From positions 15,826 through 79,825 of the forward strand of contig JAKUPQ010000002.1 of NCBI GenBank assembly GCA_022450665.1: 64,000 nt of DNA, in the 5' to 3' direction. Made by a program: the position numbers and the translations under genes. Positions 9,377 through 18,806 of this stretch are shown in pieces. The notes under the pieces are model-generated. The model saw only the letters and a list, made by a program, of their open reading frames with translations, ran no database searches and was not told the DNA's origin. The DNA is from Alphaproteobacteria bacterium. GTDB taxonomy: Bacteria; Pseudomonadota; Alphaproteobacteria; Rickettsiales; VGDC01. Position 1 is the stretch's first letter, and each line of letters opens with the position of its first letter.

Positions 9377-9919
9377 CTAAAGCGTTTCGCGGGGGTAAAC
9401 CCCCCAAACGGCATTTTTACGTACCCAGCTTTTATAGCTTTCCACCTGAATTTCGCACCATTCAATGTCGCATTCCAGAATTTGTCCAACCACATTCTTT
9501 TGCACCTTAATCATGGGCGGCGAAGAATCTTCTGGATAGCGGCGTAAAATTGTATCTTCTTTGAAAATTGCGGTGCGCGTGCCGGAAATCTGGCTTTTAT
9601 GCACCCATCCTTCATCGCCTTCCACATCGCGCAGCTTGCGCCAATGGCCAAATTCTTCGGTCACCTCTACAGGTAAATGCTTTCGCGTATACACCCAACG
9701 GATAGGGTAGCGACGGCCAGGGCCTGTGCGCAGATTCACCTCATCATATTTCACCGAAACAAAGCGAGGAACAGCAAGGCCTGAATGGCTGGCTAACCCT
9801 TCTTCGGCTGCCTCAATAGTATCGGAATCTGATTCAGGTTGCGCCATAGCAACGCCGCCATGCAAGGTTAGGCATAGCATTACAACAATAAAACCATATT
9901 GTAAGAAGCGATAATGCAT
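9377..9919 (-). CDS. SH3-like domain protein (DUF1058 family) with signal peptide
   Basis: Motif VPRFVSVKYDEVNLRTGPGRRYPIRWVY...GWVHKSQISG. The likely start is the internal Met before the signal-like MHYRFLQYGFIVVMLCLTLHGGVAMA; the ORF track extends to 9997. Confidence 0.7.
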   Translation of the reverse strand: MHYRFLQYGFIVVMLCLTLHGGVAMAQPESDSDTIEAAEEGLASHSGLAVPRFVSVKYDEVNLRTGPGRRYPIRWVYTRKHLPVEVTEEFGHWRKLRDVEGDEGWVHKSQISGTRTAIFKEDTILRRYPEDSSPPMIKVQKNVVGQILECDIEWCEIQVESYKSWVRKNAVWGVYPRETL

Positions 9920-10051
9920 TACAATCTCAATTCTCATACGATAAAACGCATCCATTCGTTGCGTCTTGATTGGCATTTTTATATAAATTATACCCATGTT
10001 GCAATGCCTAGCTTAGAGAAAGGTGCTCGATTGTCAGGAAAACTTAGTTAT

Positions 10052-11038
10052 ATGCCTCCACGCCCTCGCGTTATTGTTACCCGTAAACTGCCCAAAGCAA
10101 CTGAAGCGCGTATGCAAGAGCTTTTTGATGTAACGCTCAATAGCGATGATGTGCCCTTCACCCCTGAGCAAATGATTGCTGCGGTGAAGAAGGCTGATGT
10201 TTTGGTGCCCACCGTTACCGATAAGCTTGGCAAAGATATTTTAGAACATGCAGGCGACCAGCTGCGTTTGATTGCGAATTTTGGCGTGGGAATCGATCAT
10301 ATTGATTTGGCAACCACGCAAGCCAAAAAAATAACCGTCACTAATACACCAAGCGTGTTGACAGAAGACACCGCCGACATTGCTATGGGGTTGATTCTAG
10401 CAGCTCCGCGCCGCCTTTCCGAAGCTGCCGCATTGGTACGTCGTAATGAATGGGTGGGGTGGACACCAACTTTTTTGCTTGGACACAGAGTGAGCGGCAA
10501 GAAGCTTGGCATTGTTGGTATGGGGCGGATAGGACAAGCCGTTGCGCGGCGGGCGCGTGGTTTCGGCATGGAAGTGCATTACCACAATCGCAAGCCTGCC
10601 CACGGCGATGTTGAAAAGGCATTGAGTGCCACCTATTGGAAAAATCTGGATGACATGATTGCCCATGTGGATATTTTGTCGCTTAACTGCCCCTATACAC
10701 CGCAAACGCATCACTTAATAAATGCAGAACGGATTGAAAAAATGCGCAAAGACAGCTTTGTTATCAATACCTCACGCGGTGCGGTGATTGACGAAGCGGC
10801 GTTGACAGACGCATTGGCTAAAGGTCGGATTGCCGGAGCAGGGTTGGATGTTTATGAAAAAGAACCGCTTATGTCGGATGCACTACGTAAATTGCCTAAT
10901 GTTGTGCTGTTGCCGCATATCAGCTCTGCAACGATAGAAGGCAGAAACGAAATGGGCGAAAAAGTTATTATCAACATTAAAAGCTATGTAGATGGGCACA
11001 TGCCGCCCGACAGGCTGCTGCTAAGCGAAGTAGCGTAA
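10052..11038 (+). CDS. D-isomer-specific 2-hydroxyacid dehydrogenase (glyoxylate/hydroxypyruvate reductase-like)
   Basis: NAD-binding GIVGMGRIGQAVARR, catalytic region NTSRGAVIDE...LPHISSAT. The start was moved to the Met at 10052 (MPPRPRVIVTRKLP), giving a typical length of about 328 aa. Confidence 0.85.
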   Translation: MPPRPRVIVTRKLPKATEARMQELFDVTLNSDDVPFTPEQMIAAVKKADVLVPTVTDKLGKDILEHAGDQLRLIANFGVGIDHIDLATTQAKKITVTNTPSVLTEDTADIAMGLILAAPRRLSEAAALVRRNEWVGWTPTFLLGHRVSGKKLGIVGMGRIGQAVARRARGFGMEVHYHNRKPAHGDVEKALSATYWKNLDDMIAHVDILSLNCPYTPQTHHLINAERIEKMRKDSFVINTSRGAVIDEAALTDALAKGRIAGAGLDVYEKEPLMSDALRKLPNVVLLPHISSATIEGRNEMGEKVIINIKSYVDGHMPPDRLLLSEVA

Positions 11039-11054
11039 GGGGGGTGAGGGGTGT

Positions 11055-12143
11055 ATGCCAATAACTAAGCGCGAATTTTTGTTGTATAGCACCGCTTCTG
11101 TACTTTCAGCTTCTGCCGGAGCAGGGCATATTTTAAGTGCAGGCTCTGCATTTGCTATGGAGAAAAAAATGCCGTTGAACATAATTCCTGTGTTGCGTAA
11201 AGCCGATACGCTTTCCGATGAGCAAGTGTTTACATGGATGAAACAATTACGCGGTCACCCGTTTGTTACACAATCTGGCTTTGACGTCACTAGTGTTTTC
11301 AAGGTCAAAGCCGATGAAGGCATGTTTTATGTGGCAGGGGTTAATGTTGAAAACTCCGATTTAACCACCGGAACATGCGGAGAAGAAGGGGCAATTGCCA
11401 CCGCCATTTGTGCTTTTGGACAGAAAATAGATATTCTAGAAGGTTGGGTTATGGGCGCTCCTAAAGGAGCAAAAACCAGTGATATTGCTTGTTATCCCTG
11501 TGGTGAGTGCCGCCAACGTATTGCCCAATATACCGGACCCGATGCGCCTATTCATGTGATGGCGCTGAATGGCAAAAAACTCGATACAAAAACTCGTTCG
11601 CAGCTTTTGCCACATGCATTTAGTTTCCGTGATTTAGAGCATAACGGCGCAGCCGCAACTGTGTCGCCGCCTGCAGCAATGGAAAATGTTGCATCGCGAC
11701 TGTATCGTAAGCATGAAAAACCACTCACTGAAAAAGAAATTTTCGAGTGGTTGCAAGGGCTGCGTGGTGATGTGCGCGTGAGTGATTATAACGAGATGGC
11801 TATATGGCGACTGGATGACGGAAGCTATGTGGCAGGGGTGAAGGTGGAAAACGCCGCTTACCCCTCCAGTACAAATGTGATGTCGGCCACCGCTGCACTT
11901 ATGAATGCGCATTATGGTAATAAAAAGGTTGAAGAAGTTTGGGCGCATGGATTTTATAATGCCACGGATAAGCAAGCCAAGCTGGCAGACAAACACCATG
12001 TTTCTACAGGCGCAGGGTTGCAGGTGCTAAAACAGTTTGCTGCGAATGATGGCATTAAAGTTCATCAGTTTAATAGCCTTGGTATGATAAAAACGGAGAG
12101 TTTGTCTAGCTTGCTGTCGAACGCATCCGTATTTAAAGTGTAA
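11055..12143 (+). CDS. Two-domain cytidine/deoxycytidylate deaminase-fold protein with an N-terminal Tat-like signal
   Basis: Zinc-deaminase motifs CGEEGAIATAI and CYPCGECRQ in domain 1. Domain 2 repeats the fold (VAGVKVENAAYPSS...) but lacks the Cys/Glu ligands. The N-terminus is MPITKREFLLYSTASVLSASAGAGHILSAGSAFA. A strong purine-rich RBS precedes the ATG. Confidence 0.6.
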   Translation: MPITKREFLLYSTASVLSASAGAGHILSAGSAFAMEKKMPLNIIPVLRKADTLSDEQVFTWMKQLRGHPFVTQSGFDVTSVFKVKADEGMFYVAGVNVENSDLTTGTCGEEGAIATAICAFGQKIDILEGWVMGAPKGAKTSDIACYPCGECRQRIAQYTGPDAPIHVMALNGKKLDTKTRSQLLPHAFSFRDLEHNGAAATVSPPAAMENVASRLYRKHEKPLTEKEIFEWLQGLRGDVRVSDYNEMAIWRLDDGSYVAGVKVENAAYPSSTNVMSATAALMNAHYGNKKVEEVWAHGFYNATDKQAKLADKHHVSTGAGLQVLKQFAANDGIKVHQFNSLGMIKTESLSSLLSNASVFKV

Positions 12144-12150
12144 TGGCGGT

Positions 12151-12190
12151 AAAAAAAGCCTGCACAGATTGCTCTGGCAGGCTTCTTTGT
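12151..12190. terminator. Bidirectional rho-independent terminator between convergent genes
   Basis: A-run, stem AGCCTGC (12157-12163) paired with GCAGGCT (12177-12183), then a T-rich tail. Confidence 0.6.
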
Positions 12191-12203
12191 TTCGTTAAAA
12201 AAA

Positions 12204-13199
12204 CTATTCAATATCTGCAAATAGCTCGGTAGACAAATAGCGCTCGGCGATAGATGCTACGATGAACACAATATTTTTACCCTGCATTTCTGGGCGCTTA
12301 GCCACTTCTAATGCTGCATGTAGAGTAGCGCCAGAGGAAATTCCAACCGGTATTCCTTCTTTTTTCGCAATCTCACGGGCGCAGATAAAGCTGTCCTCGT
12401 TGCTTACTTTCATCACTTCGTCCACCACGCCACCATCGTAAATATCCGGTACAAACCCTGCACCAATACCTTGAATTTTGTGTGGGCCAGGAGTGCCGCC
12501 CGATAATACTGGGCTGGCTTCTGGTTCTACGGCAATAATTTTTATGTTAGGGTTTTTTGCTTTGAGTGCGCTGCCAACGCCAGTAACAGTGCCACCAGTC
12601 CCCACGCCAGCTATAAACACATCGACTTTACCTTCAGTATCCCGCCAAATTTCCTCGGCGGTAGTAATGCGGTGAATTGCTGGATTGGCTTTGTTTTTGA
12701 ATTGCTGCAGCATAATTGCATTTTTGTTTTGCGCGACCATTTCTTCGGCTTTGTTGATTGCGCCTTTCATGCCATTGGCGGCAGGCGTTAAAATAAGCTC
12801 GGCACCCAAAAATTTAAGCATTTTGCGGCGCTCAATCGACATGCTTTCGGGCATAGTCAGCGCAAGACGATACCCTTTTGCGGCACATACAAACGCCAAC
12901 GCAATACCCGTGTTGCCAGAGGTGGGTTCGACCAATAGCGTGTCTTTATTGATTTTGCCTTCTGCCTCAGCGGCTTCTACCATACCAAGGGCAATACGGT
13001 CTTTAACCGAAGAAAGAGGGTTAAAAAACTCAAGTTTTGCAATAACATTGCCTACACAGTTGCGCTCGCTAGCCATACGATTAATACGCACCAACGGGGT
13101 ATCGCCAATCGTGCCTAGAATGGAATCGTAAATACGCCCACGGCCAGGATTTTCTGATAGCTTGGTGCTAAGCGATAATGTAGCGTTTGCAGCGGTCAT
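12204..13199 (-). CDS. cysK: Cysteine synthase A (O-acetylserine sulfhydrylase)
   Basis: PLP-lysine block [14 protein letters not shown], plus [11 protein letters not shown] and [10 protein letters not shown]. Confidence 0.9.
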   Translation of the reverse strand: MTAANATLSLSTKLSENPGRGRIYDSILGTIGDTPLVRINRMASERNCVGNVIAKLEFFNPLSSVKDRIALGMVEAAEAEGKINKDTLLVEPTSGNTGIALAFVCAAKGYRLALTMPESMSIERRKMLKFLGAELILTPAANGMKGAINKAEEMVAQNKNAIMLQQFKNKANPAIHRITTAEEIWRDTEGKVDVFIAGVGTGGTVTGVGSALKAKNPNIKIIAVEPEASPVLSGGTPGPHKIQGIGAGFVPDIYDGGVVDEVMKVSNEDSFICAREIAKKEGIPVGISSGATLHAALEVAKRPEMQGKNIVFIVASIAERYLSTELFADIE

Positions 13200-13251
13200 A
13201 ATGCCTCCATATAAATGGTGAGAAAATAAGAAATAGGAGGATTATACGCTT

Positions 13252-13698
13252 CTATGCCATAGAATCCAGCTTTTGTGGCGCTTTGTTGCGGATATTCTTT
13301 TTTACGGCCTGATCGCATAAATCAGCAATAGTTATCACATAGAGCCGATCTTTAACGCCTGCGTGTAGCAATTCCCAAAATGGGCGTATGACTTCCTCGC
13401 CTAACTCGGTGGTGGGGGGAAGATCAGAAATCATATCGTCTTCATTAATCATTTCGCATATTTCACCAATGCTGATCTGATCGCTGGGCTTTGCTAGTTG
13501 GTAACCGCCTTTAGGGCCACGCATACCGCGCAAAATTCTGCCATGAACGAGTTTTTGCATAATTTGCTCTAAATGACGCGGTGGCAAACCTTGCTGGCGT
13601 GCGATATCACGGCTGCTAACCGGATGTTCGTGCGAATAATACGCAATATAAAGTACTGCTTCTACGGCGTAGTATAATTTTTTACATGGAGTCATCAT
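13252..13698 (-). CDS. Rrf2-family transcriptional regulator (no Cys cluster; CymR-like)
   Basis: YAVEAVLYIAYY...VSSRDIARQQGLPPRHLEQIMQKL...RGPKGGYQLAK. The start was moved to the Met pair at 13693-13698, because the longer ORF would overlap dut. Confidence 0.85.
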   Translation of the reverse strand: MMTPCKKLYYAVEAVLYIAYYSHEHPVSSRDIARQQGLPPRHLEQIMQKLVHGRILRGMRGPKGGYQLAKPSDQISIGEICEMINEDDMISDLPPTTELGEEVIRPFWELLHAGVKDRLYVITIADLCDQAVKKNIRNKAPQKLDSMA

Positions 13699-13783
13699 GA
13701 CGTTAATTCCCTGAGCTTGTATTGTTTTTAAATCTTTTTGTTTTTTTATATGCTTGTTGTTTGCAAGGGGGCTTGGGTGGTGG

Positions 13784-14230
13784 CTACATGCCGGTGGAGC
13801 CGAAGCCTCCTTCGTCACGGGAAGTTTTTTGCAGTGTGCTTGTTTCCTGCCATTGTGTTTGAACAACAGGGGCAACTACAATTTGAGCAATCCGCATTCC
13901 CCGTGTTACGGTAAATGCTTCCTGACCAAAGTTTACTAAAATGACACCAATTTCGCCGCGATAATCTGCGTCGATAGTGCCGGGGGTGTTTAACACGGTA
14001 ACACCGTGTTTTAATGCCAAACCAGAGCGCGGGCGAACTTGTGCCTCGTAGTTCTCGGGCAGCATTATTTTTAATCCGGTAGGCACAAGGGCGCGCTCAC
14101 CGAATTGTAATGTAATGGGGGTGTTGATGGCGGCGGCTAAATCGCAGCCAGCACTTTGGGGCGTTGCATAATGGGGTAAAGATAAATCTGCTGCATGATC
14201 TAACCGTGTTATGGCCGTTTTTATATTCAT
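13784..14230 (-). CDS. dut: dUTP diphosphatase
   Basis: [43 protein letters not shown] at 14228-14230; the ORF-track start at 14242 is a TTG. Confidence 0.93.
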   Translation of the reverse strand: MNIKTAITRLDHAADLSLPHYATPQSAGCDLAAAINTPITLQFGERALVPTGLKIMLPENYEAQVRPRSGLALKHGVTVLNTPGTIDADYRGEIGVILVNFGQEAFTVTRGMRIAQIVVAPVVQTQWQETSTLQKTSRDEGGFGSTGM

Positions 14231-14407
14231 GCTTTCTCCCAACCTTATAAGGTTTTCAGCGTATGCAATAGTCAGGCAACGTCAATCTGCCTCTAATTCC
14301 CATTTCAAAAACGGAATTAATTGTTTTTATTGAAAAAATATGCACCTCTTTTACGACAAGATTTTTTTAAGTGCAACAAAAATATTGCAGTGCGATAGGT
14401 TATTGAT

Positions 14408-15946
14408 TCAGTTTATTACAGCCAACGTTATCGCGCCCAATACAGCTACCCATGCAAGGGTAAGCCATTGTTTGTGCCAATAGGAACGCTGTTGCTGTAA
14501 TTCTTTGAGTGTCTCGGGGTGAATTTTCATACCGCTTCCATCGATATTATGGGAAAACTCATCTATTTTACGCAAAATAACAGGTAAGCGTTTGGCTACT
14601 TCATAGGCCTCATCAGCAATTAGACGCACACGCCCCTCAAGGCTCAAATGGTGTTGCGCCCAGTTTTCAATCAACGGCTCTGCCAGCTTCCACATATTTA
14701 TATGTGGGTTTAACATGCGCCCCACACCTTCGGCGAGCATCATATTTTTTTGTAGCAACAGCAATTGGGGCTGTGTTTCCATTTCGAATAAGGCGCTAAC
14801 GGTAAATAGCTGTCCTAGAAGTTGACCAACAGAAATGTCGTGTAAAGGTTTACCCAAAATTGGTTTACCTATGGCCATACATGCCAGTGCAAAATCTTCT
14901 ACCGATTGATCGGGCGGCACGTAACCTGCCATAATATGTACCTCAGCCACCCGCTTATAATCTTGGCTTAAAAAAGCACGTAAAATTTCGGCTATAAAAA
15001 GCTGGCTTTTGGTGTCCAGACGCCCGGTTATGCCAAAATCCACAGCAATTAGATTACCTTCGGAGGAAACAAATAGATTTCCCGGATGTAAATCGGCATG
15101 GAAAAAGCCATCGCGGAACACTTGCTTAAATAATGTATTTGCCGCTTTTGCGATCAGGTCGTCCATGTCGTGTCCGGCATCGCGTAAGGCTTGTACATCG
15201 CTGATAGGAATGCCTTCGATACGCTCCATGGTTAGCACACGGGCGCAGCTGCGGCTCCAGTCCACTTCAGGGATATAAAAACCTTCATCGTTTAGCGTGT
15301 TATCACGAAGTTTTTGACCAGCAGCAGCTTCCATGCGCAGATCCAGTTCGCGGGCGATGCTGTCTTCAAACGTGCGCACGATTTCTACGGGTTTCAGACG
15401 TCGGGTTTCTGGCAAATGTTGTTCTACAGCTTCTGCAATCCAGTAAAATAATCCGATATCTTTATCAAACGCTTCGCGAATACCAGGGCGCAATACTTTC
15501 ACTGCAACTTCATGCCCATCGATGGTGGTGGCAAAATGCACCTGAGCGATAGAAGCCGCTGCTACGGGAGTATCGCTAAATTCGCTGAATAATTCATTTA
15601 TTGGCTTTTCCAATCCTTCTTCGATAATGCGGCGCGCAATGGGGGTAGAAAAGGGGGCGATGCGATCTTGTAATTGCGCTAAATCTTTTGCAACTTCCTC
15701 GCCCACTAAATCAGAACGGGTAGAGAGTGCTTGTCCAAGTTTAATAAAGGTTGGACCCATTTTGGCCAATGCTAGCCGCAAACGCTCGCCTTCCCGTTTG
15801 GGCAGGCGGCGGCGGCTGATGATGGAAAACAATTGGCAAAACCACACAGGAAAACCCGCACGGCGTAAAGACATTGCCGCGCCACAACGACCAAACGTAT
15901 AAGCCAGTTGTATTAAGCGCAGAGTATGGCGAGGAGCATTAAGCAT
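14408..15946 (-). CDS. ubiB: Ubiquinone biosynthesis regulatory kinase-like protein UbiB (ABC1 family)
   Basis: 512 aa. ABC1 kinase-like blocks: PVAAASIAQVH, AVKVLRPGI, FFHADLHPGNLF, DFGITGRL. C-terminal TM segment. Confidence 0.92.
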   Translation of the reverse strand: MLNAPRHTLRLIQLAYTFGRCGAAMSLRRAGFPVWFCQLFSIISRRRLPKREGERLRLALAKMGPTFIKLGQALSTRSDLVGEEVAKDLAQLQDRIAPFSTPIARRIIEEGLEKPINELFSEFSDTPVAAASIAQVHFATTIDGHEVAVKVLRPGIREAFDKDIGLFYWIAEAVEQHLPETRRLKPVEIVRTFEDSIARELDLRMEAAAGQKLRDNTLNDEGFYIPEVDWSRSCARVLTMERIEGIPISDVQALRDAGHDMDDLIAKAANTLFKQVFRDGFFHADLHPGNLFVSSEGNLIAVDFGITGRLDTKSQLFIAEILRAFLSQDYKRVAEVHIMAGYVPPDQSVEDFALACMAIGKPILGKPLHDISVGQLLGQLFTVSALFEMETQPQLLLLQKNMMLAEGVGRMLNPHINMWKLAEPLIENWAQHHLSLEGRVRLIADEAYEVAKRLPVILRKIDEFSHNIDGSGMKIHPETLKELQQQRSYWHKQWLTLAWVAVLGAITLAVIN

Positions 15947-15949
15947 GAA

Positions 15950-16738
15950 TTATATTTTCCACCCTGAATGCATGGCTACAACGCCGCAAGTCATATTGCG
16001 ATAGCTGACATTGCCAAATCCCTGATCGCGTATGAGTGTGCTGAATTGCGATTGCGTTGGAAATTTGCGAATGCTTTCCACTAAATATTGATACGATGCA
16101 GCATCCCGTGCAATGAGTTGCCCCATGCGCGGAATTACATGCATAGAATAATTGTCATAAATCTTTGCTAACGGCTTTGCTGGTACATGGCTGAATTCAA
16201 GGCACAAGAATCTACCGCCAGGTCTTAATACGCGATAGGCTTCTTTTAGCGCAAGGCTAATATCGGTGACGTTACGTATGCCAAATGCAATGGTATAAGC
16301 ATCAATGCTTGCATCTTCAACGGGTAGATATTGAGCATCGCCGCATATCCATTCGATATGAGAAAATATGCCGTTATCTACAGCGCGTTTTTTGCCCTCG
16401 GTAAGCATGTGATCGTTAATGTCGCATAGAGTGATGTGAGGCATTGCACCAAAGCGCTTTTGGCAATGCTCTCGAATGCGGAAAGCAATATCGCCGGTTC
16501 CTCCTGCGACATCAAGAATTTTCATATCGGGGGTAGGATGCAGCCACTCCACCATTTCGGCTTTCCACAAGCGGTGCAGCCCGCCGCTCATCACATCGTT
16601 CATCACATCATAACGGCTTGCTACACTATCAAATACCCCTTTTACCATATTGGCTTTCGCGTGTTTGGCTACGGTTTGAAAGCCAAAATGTGTGGTTTCA
16701 GCAGCGTTAGAATCAGAGCTGTCGTGCGGATTTGTCAC
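15950..16738 (-). CDS. ubiE: Ubiquinone/menaquinone biosynthesis C-methyltransferase
   Basis: VASRYDVMNDVMSGGLHRLWK, SAM motif LDVAGGTGDIA, and FGIRNV. It sits immediately upstream of ubiB on the same strand. Confidence 0.93.
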   Translation of the reverse strand: MTNPHDSSDSNAAETTHFGFQTVAKHAKANMVKGVFDSVASRYDVMNDVMSGGLHRLWKAEMVEWLHPTPDMKILDVAGGTGDIAFRIREHCQKRFGAMPHITLCDINDHMLTEGKKRAVDNGIFSHIEWICGDAQYLPVEDASIDAYTIAFGIRNVTDISLALKEAYRVLRPGGRFLCLEFSHVPAKPLAKIYDNYSMHVIPRMGQLIARDAASYQYLVESIRKFPTQSQFSTLIRDQGFGNVSYRNMTCGVVAMHSGWKI

Positions 16739-16841
16739 TGGTGTTTCCTTAATCTGCCTTATATATATGTGCGATCAGATAAATAATCGCTGCTACCATA
16801 CGGTTTTTTCCCTCTGAATAAAACAGTTTTTAGGATATTGA

Positions 16842-17666
16842 ATGCCAGAATTGCCCGAAGTTGAAACGGTGTGCCGCGGATTGCAGTCAAACGTACTTGG
16901 CCGCCATATTGATGACGTTATTATAAGGCGGGATAAAATTCGTATTCCGATTCCCTGTGATTTTGCCGAGTCCTGTCAGGGCGCAAAAATAGAGCGTATC
17001 GAAAGACGCGCCAAATATATTTTAATCCATTTAGATAATGGTTATTGCATTTTAGTCCATTTAGGCATGTCGGGTCGCATGCAGATTTTTTCGCGGTTAC
17101 CAACTTCACCTCAAAAGCATGATCATGTGGACTTTTTGCTTAGTGATGGTCAGTTGATTGTTTTTAACGACCCACGGCGTTTTGGCGTAATTACCGGTGC
17201 ACCCAGCGAAACTATTATGCTTCACACATTGCTTAACCATTTAGGGCCGGAGCCTATGAGTGAAAGCTTTAATGCTGCTTATCTGTACGATCAGCTAAAA
17301 AAGCGCAAGCAGTCTATTAAACCAGTATTGATGGATCAAAAGCTGGTGGTAGGTGTAGGTAATATATATGTGTGCGAAGCGTTGTTTAAAACCAGAATAA
17401 ATCCTGAACGCGCAGCCAATAAAATTAATAAAAAAGAGTGTGAGCGTTTGGTTGAGGCTATTAAAGTGGTGTTGCAAGATGCCATTGCCTCAGGCGGATC
17501 TACTTTGCGCGATTATGTCGATAGCGCAGGTAAAGCGGGTTATTTTCAGCATAATTTTGCGGTTTACGATAGGGAAGGTAAGCTATGCACTGGCTGTTCT
17601 GCACCAATAACGCGCATGACACAGGCTGGTCGTTCAACCTATTGGTGTGAAAATTGCCAAAAATAG
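16842..17666 (+). CDS. mutM: Formamidopyrimidine-DNA glycosylase
   Basis: N-terminal MPELPEVETV, an H2TH region, and a C-terminal zinc finger C..C...C..C (CTGCSAPI...YWCENCQ). Confidence 0.93.
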   Translation: MPELPEVETVCRGLQSNVLGRHIDDVIIRRDKIRIPIPCDFAESCQGAKIERIERRAKYILIHLDNGYCILVHLGMSGRMQIFSRLPTSPQKHDHVDFLLSDGQLIVFNDPRRFGVITGAPSETIMLHTLLNHLGPEPMSESFNAAYLYDQLKKRKQSIKPVLMDQKLVVGVGNIYVCEALFKTRINPERAANKINKKECERLVEAIKVVLQDAIASGGSTLRDYVDSAGKAGYFQHNFAVYDREGKLCTGCSAPITRMTQAGRSTYWCENCQK

Positions 17667-17884
17667 TTAATATACAATGCATTGCATATTAATTGATGCA
17701 AATCAAGCCACTTTTCCACGCAAGCTGAACAGATACTTTAACTGATGTATAAAAACTTTGGCATTTCAGAAGGTAAAAAAAACTACGCACAGCGTGGCAA
17801 ATGTTCTTGACTAGCGCGGTCTAGAGGAGTACTTTCTGAATCCCTTACGAGAGAAAACAAATTTTTGAATTTTAGGTTTAGAAG

Positions 17885-18148
17885 ATGGCTCATCATAAAT
17901 CCGCACAAAAACGCATTCGGCAAACTGCTGTTCGCACTAAAGCAAACTCGATCCGCACCAGCCGTATCCGCAGCTTTATTAAAAAAGTTGAACTGGCAAT
18001 CCAAGGGGGCGATCAAGCCCAGGCACGCGAAGCATTGCGTGCTGCACAGCCAGAAGTTATGCGCGGTGTGAGCAAGGGTGTTTTGAAAAAGAACACTGCT
18101 TCTCGCAAAATCAGTCGTCTTTCTGCTCGCGTTAAGGCGATGGCATAA
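17885..18148 (+). CDS. rpsT: 30S ribosomal protein S20
   Basis: [21 protein letters not shown]..., basic, 87 aa. Confidence 0.93.
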   Translation: MAHHKSAQKRIRQTAVRTKANSIRTSRIRSFIKKVELAIQGGDQAQAREALRAAQPEVMRGVSKGVLKKNTASRKISRLSARVKAMA

Positions 18149-18294
18149 GTCTGGCTTTTCCAGTCAGGCTAAATAATACGATATATTAGGCACGGTATTG
18201 GTGCAGGGTTTCCTGCAACGGTATTCTATTGTCTTAAAAAGGCCATAAGGCCGCTACAATGTTGTAACACAATGCTACAACAGTCGGGACTTTA

Positions 18295-18753
18295 TTGTCC
18301 AAAAAAAGGGAGAAGTGTGTGTATTTACCAGGCGATATCACTGAAACCACGTGTGAAGATAACAATCGTTGTCACGGCTACGCAGGTGATGTGAATGTGA
18401 ACGCCGCGTGGAAACTGCTCGAAAAGAATGCAGAAGCAATTTTGGTGGATGTGCGCACAACACAGGAATGGGAACAAACAGGACTTCCCGACCTGAAAAA
18501 TCTGAGTAAAGATGCTGTGAAGCTTTCATGGATATTTTTACCTTCAGGTGAAAAAAACAATCAGTTCGTTTCTGAAATTTCTAACTTGCGGCTAGCAAAT
18601 GAAACTCCGATGCTTTTTTTGTGTCGTAGTGGAGGTCGTTCTCAAGCGGCAGCAATTGCTTTGACTCAGCAAGGATATAGCCGCTGTTTCAATGTGGCAG
18701 GGGGAGTAGAAGGAACAAATGGTTGGAAGGCGAGTGGATTGCCTCTGAAATAA
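18295..18753 (+). CDS. Single-domain rhodanese (sulfurtransferase) protein
   Basis: Active-site loop CRSGGRSQAAA. The start is uncertain: TTG at 18295, with an alternative GTG at 18319. Confidence 0.7.
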   Translation: MSKKREKCVYLPGDITETTCEDNNRCHGYAGDVNVNAAWKLLEKNAEAILVDVRTTQEWEQTGLPDLKNLSKDAVKLSWIFLPSGEKNNQFVSEISNLRLANETPMLFLCRSGGRSQAAAIALTQQGYSRCFNVAGGVEGTNGWKASGLPLK

Positions 18754-18806
18754 TTTTCGGCGGCAAACGGTAACAAGAAAAAAGATTAAAAATCATAGGG
18801 CTTATT

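Noticed and set aside
9914-10051. N-terminal extensions proposed by the ORF track for the hydroxyacid dehydrogenase (9914), the SH3 protein (to 9997), Rrf2 (to 13875), dnaN (20336), recF (21399), the DsbA-like gene (to 46641) and mnmA (59636)
   Set aside because: The extensions overlap neighbouring genes or use TTG/GTG codons. Internal ATG codons with RBS-like purine tracts give family-typical lengths.
17667-17884. Possible oriC in the mutM-rpsT spacer
   Set aside because: It holds only one weak DnaA-box-like 9-mer (TTTTCCACG) and one short palindrome, with no box cluster or clear DNA-unwinding element. A plausible rpsT promoter (TTGACT-17-TACTTT at 17807-17835) explains most of the region.
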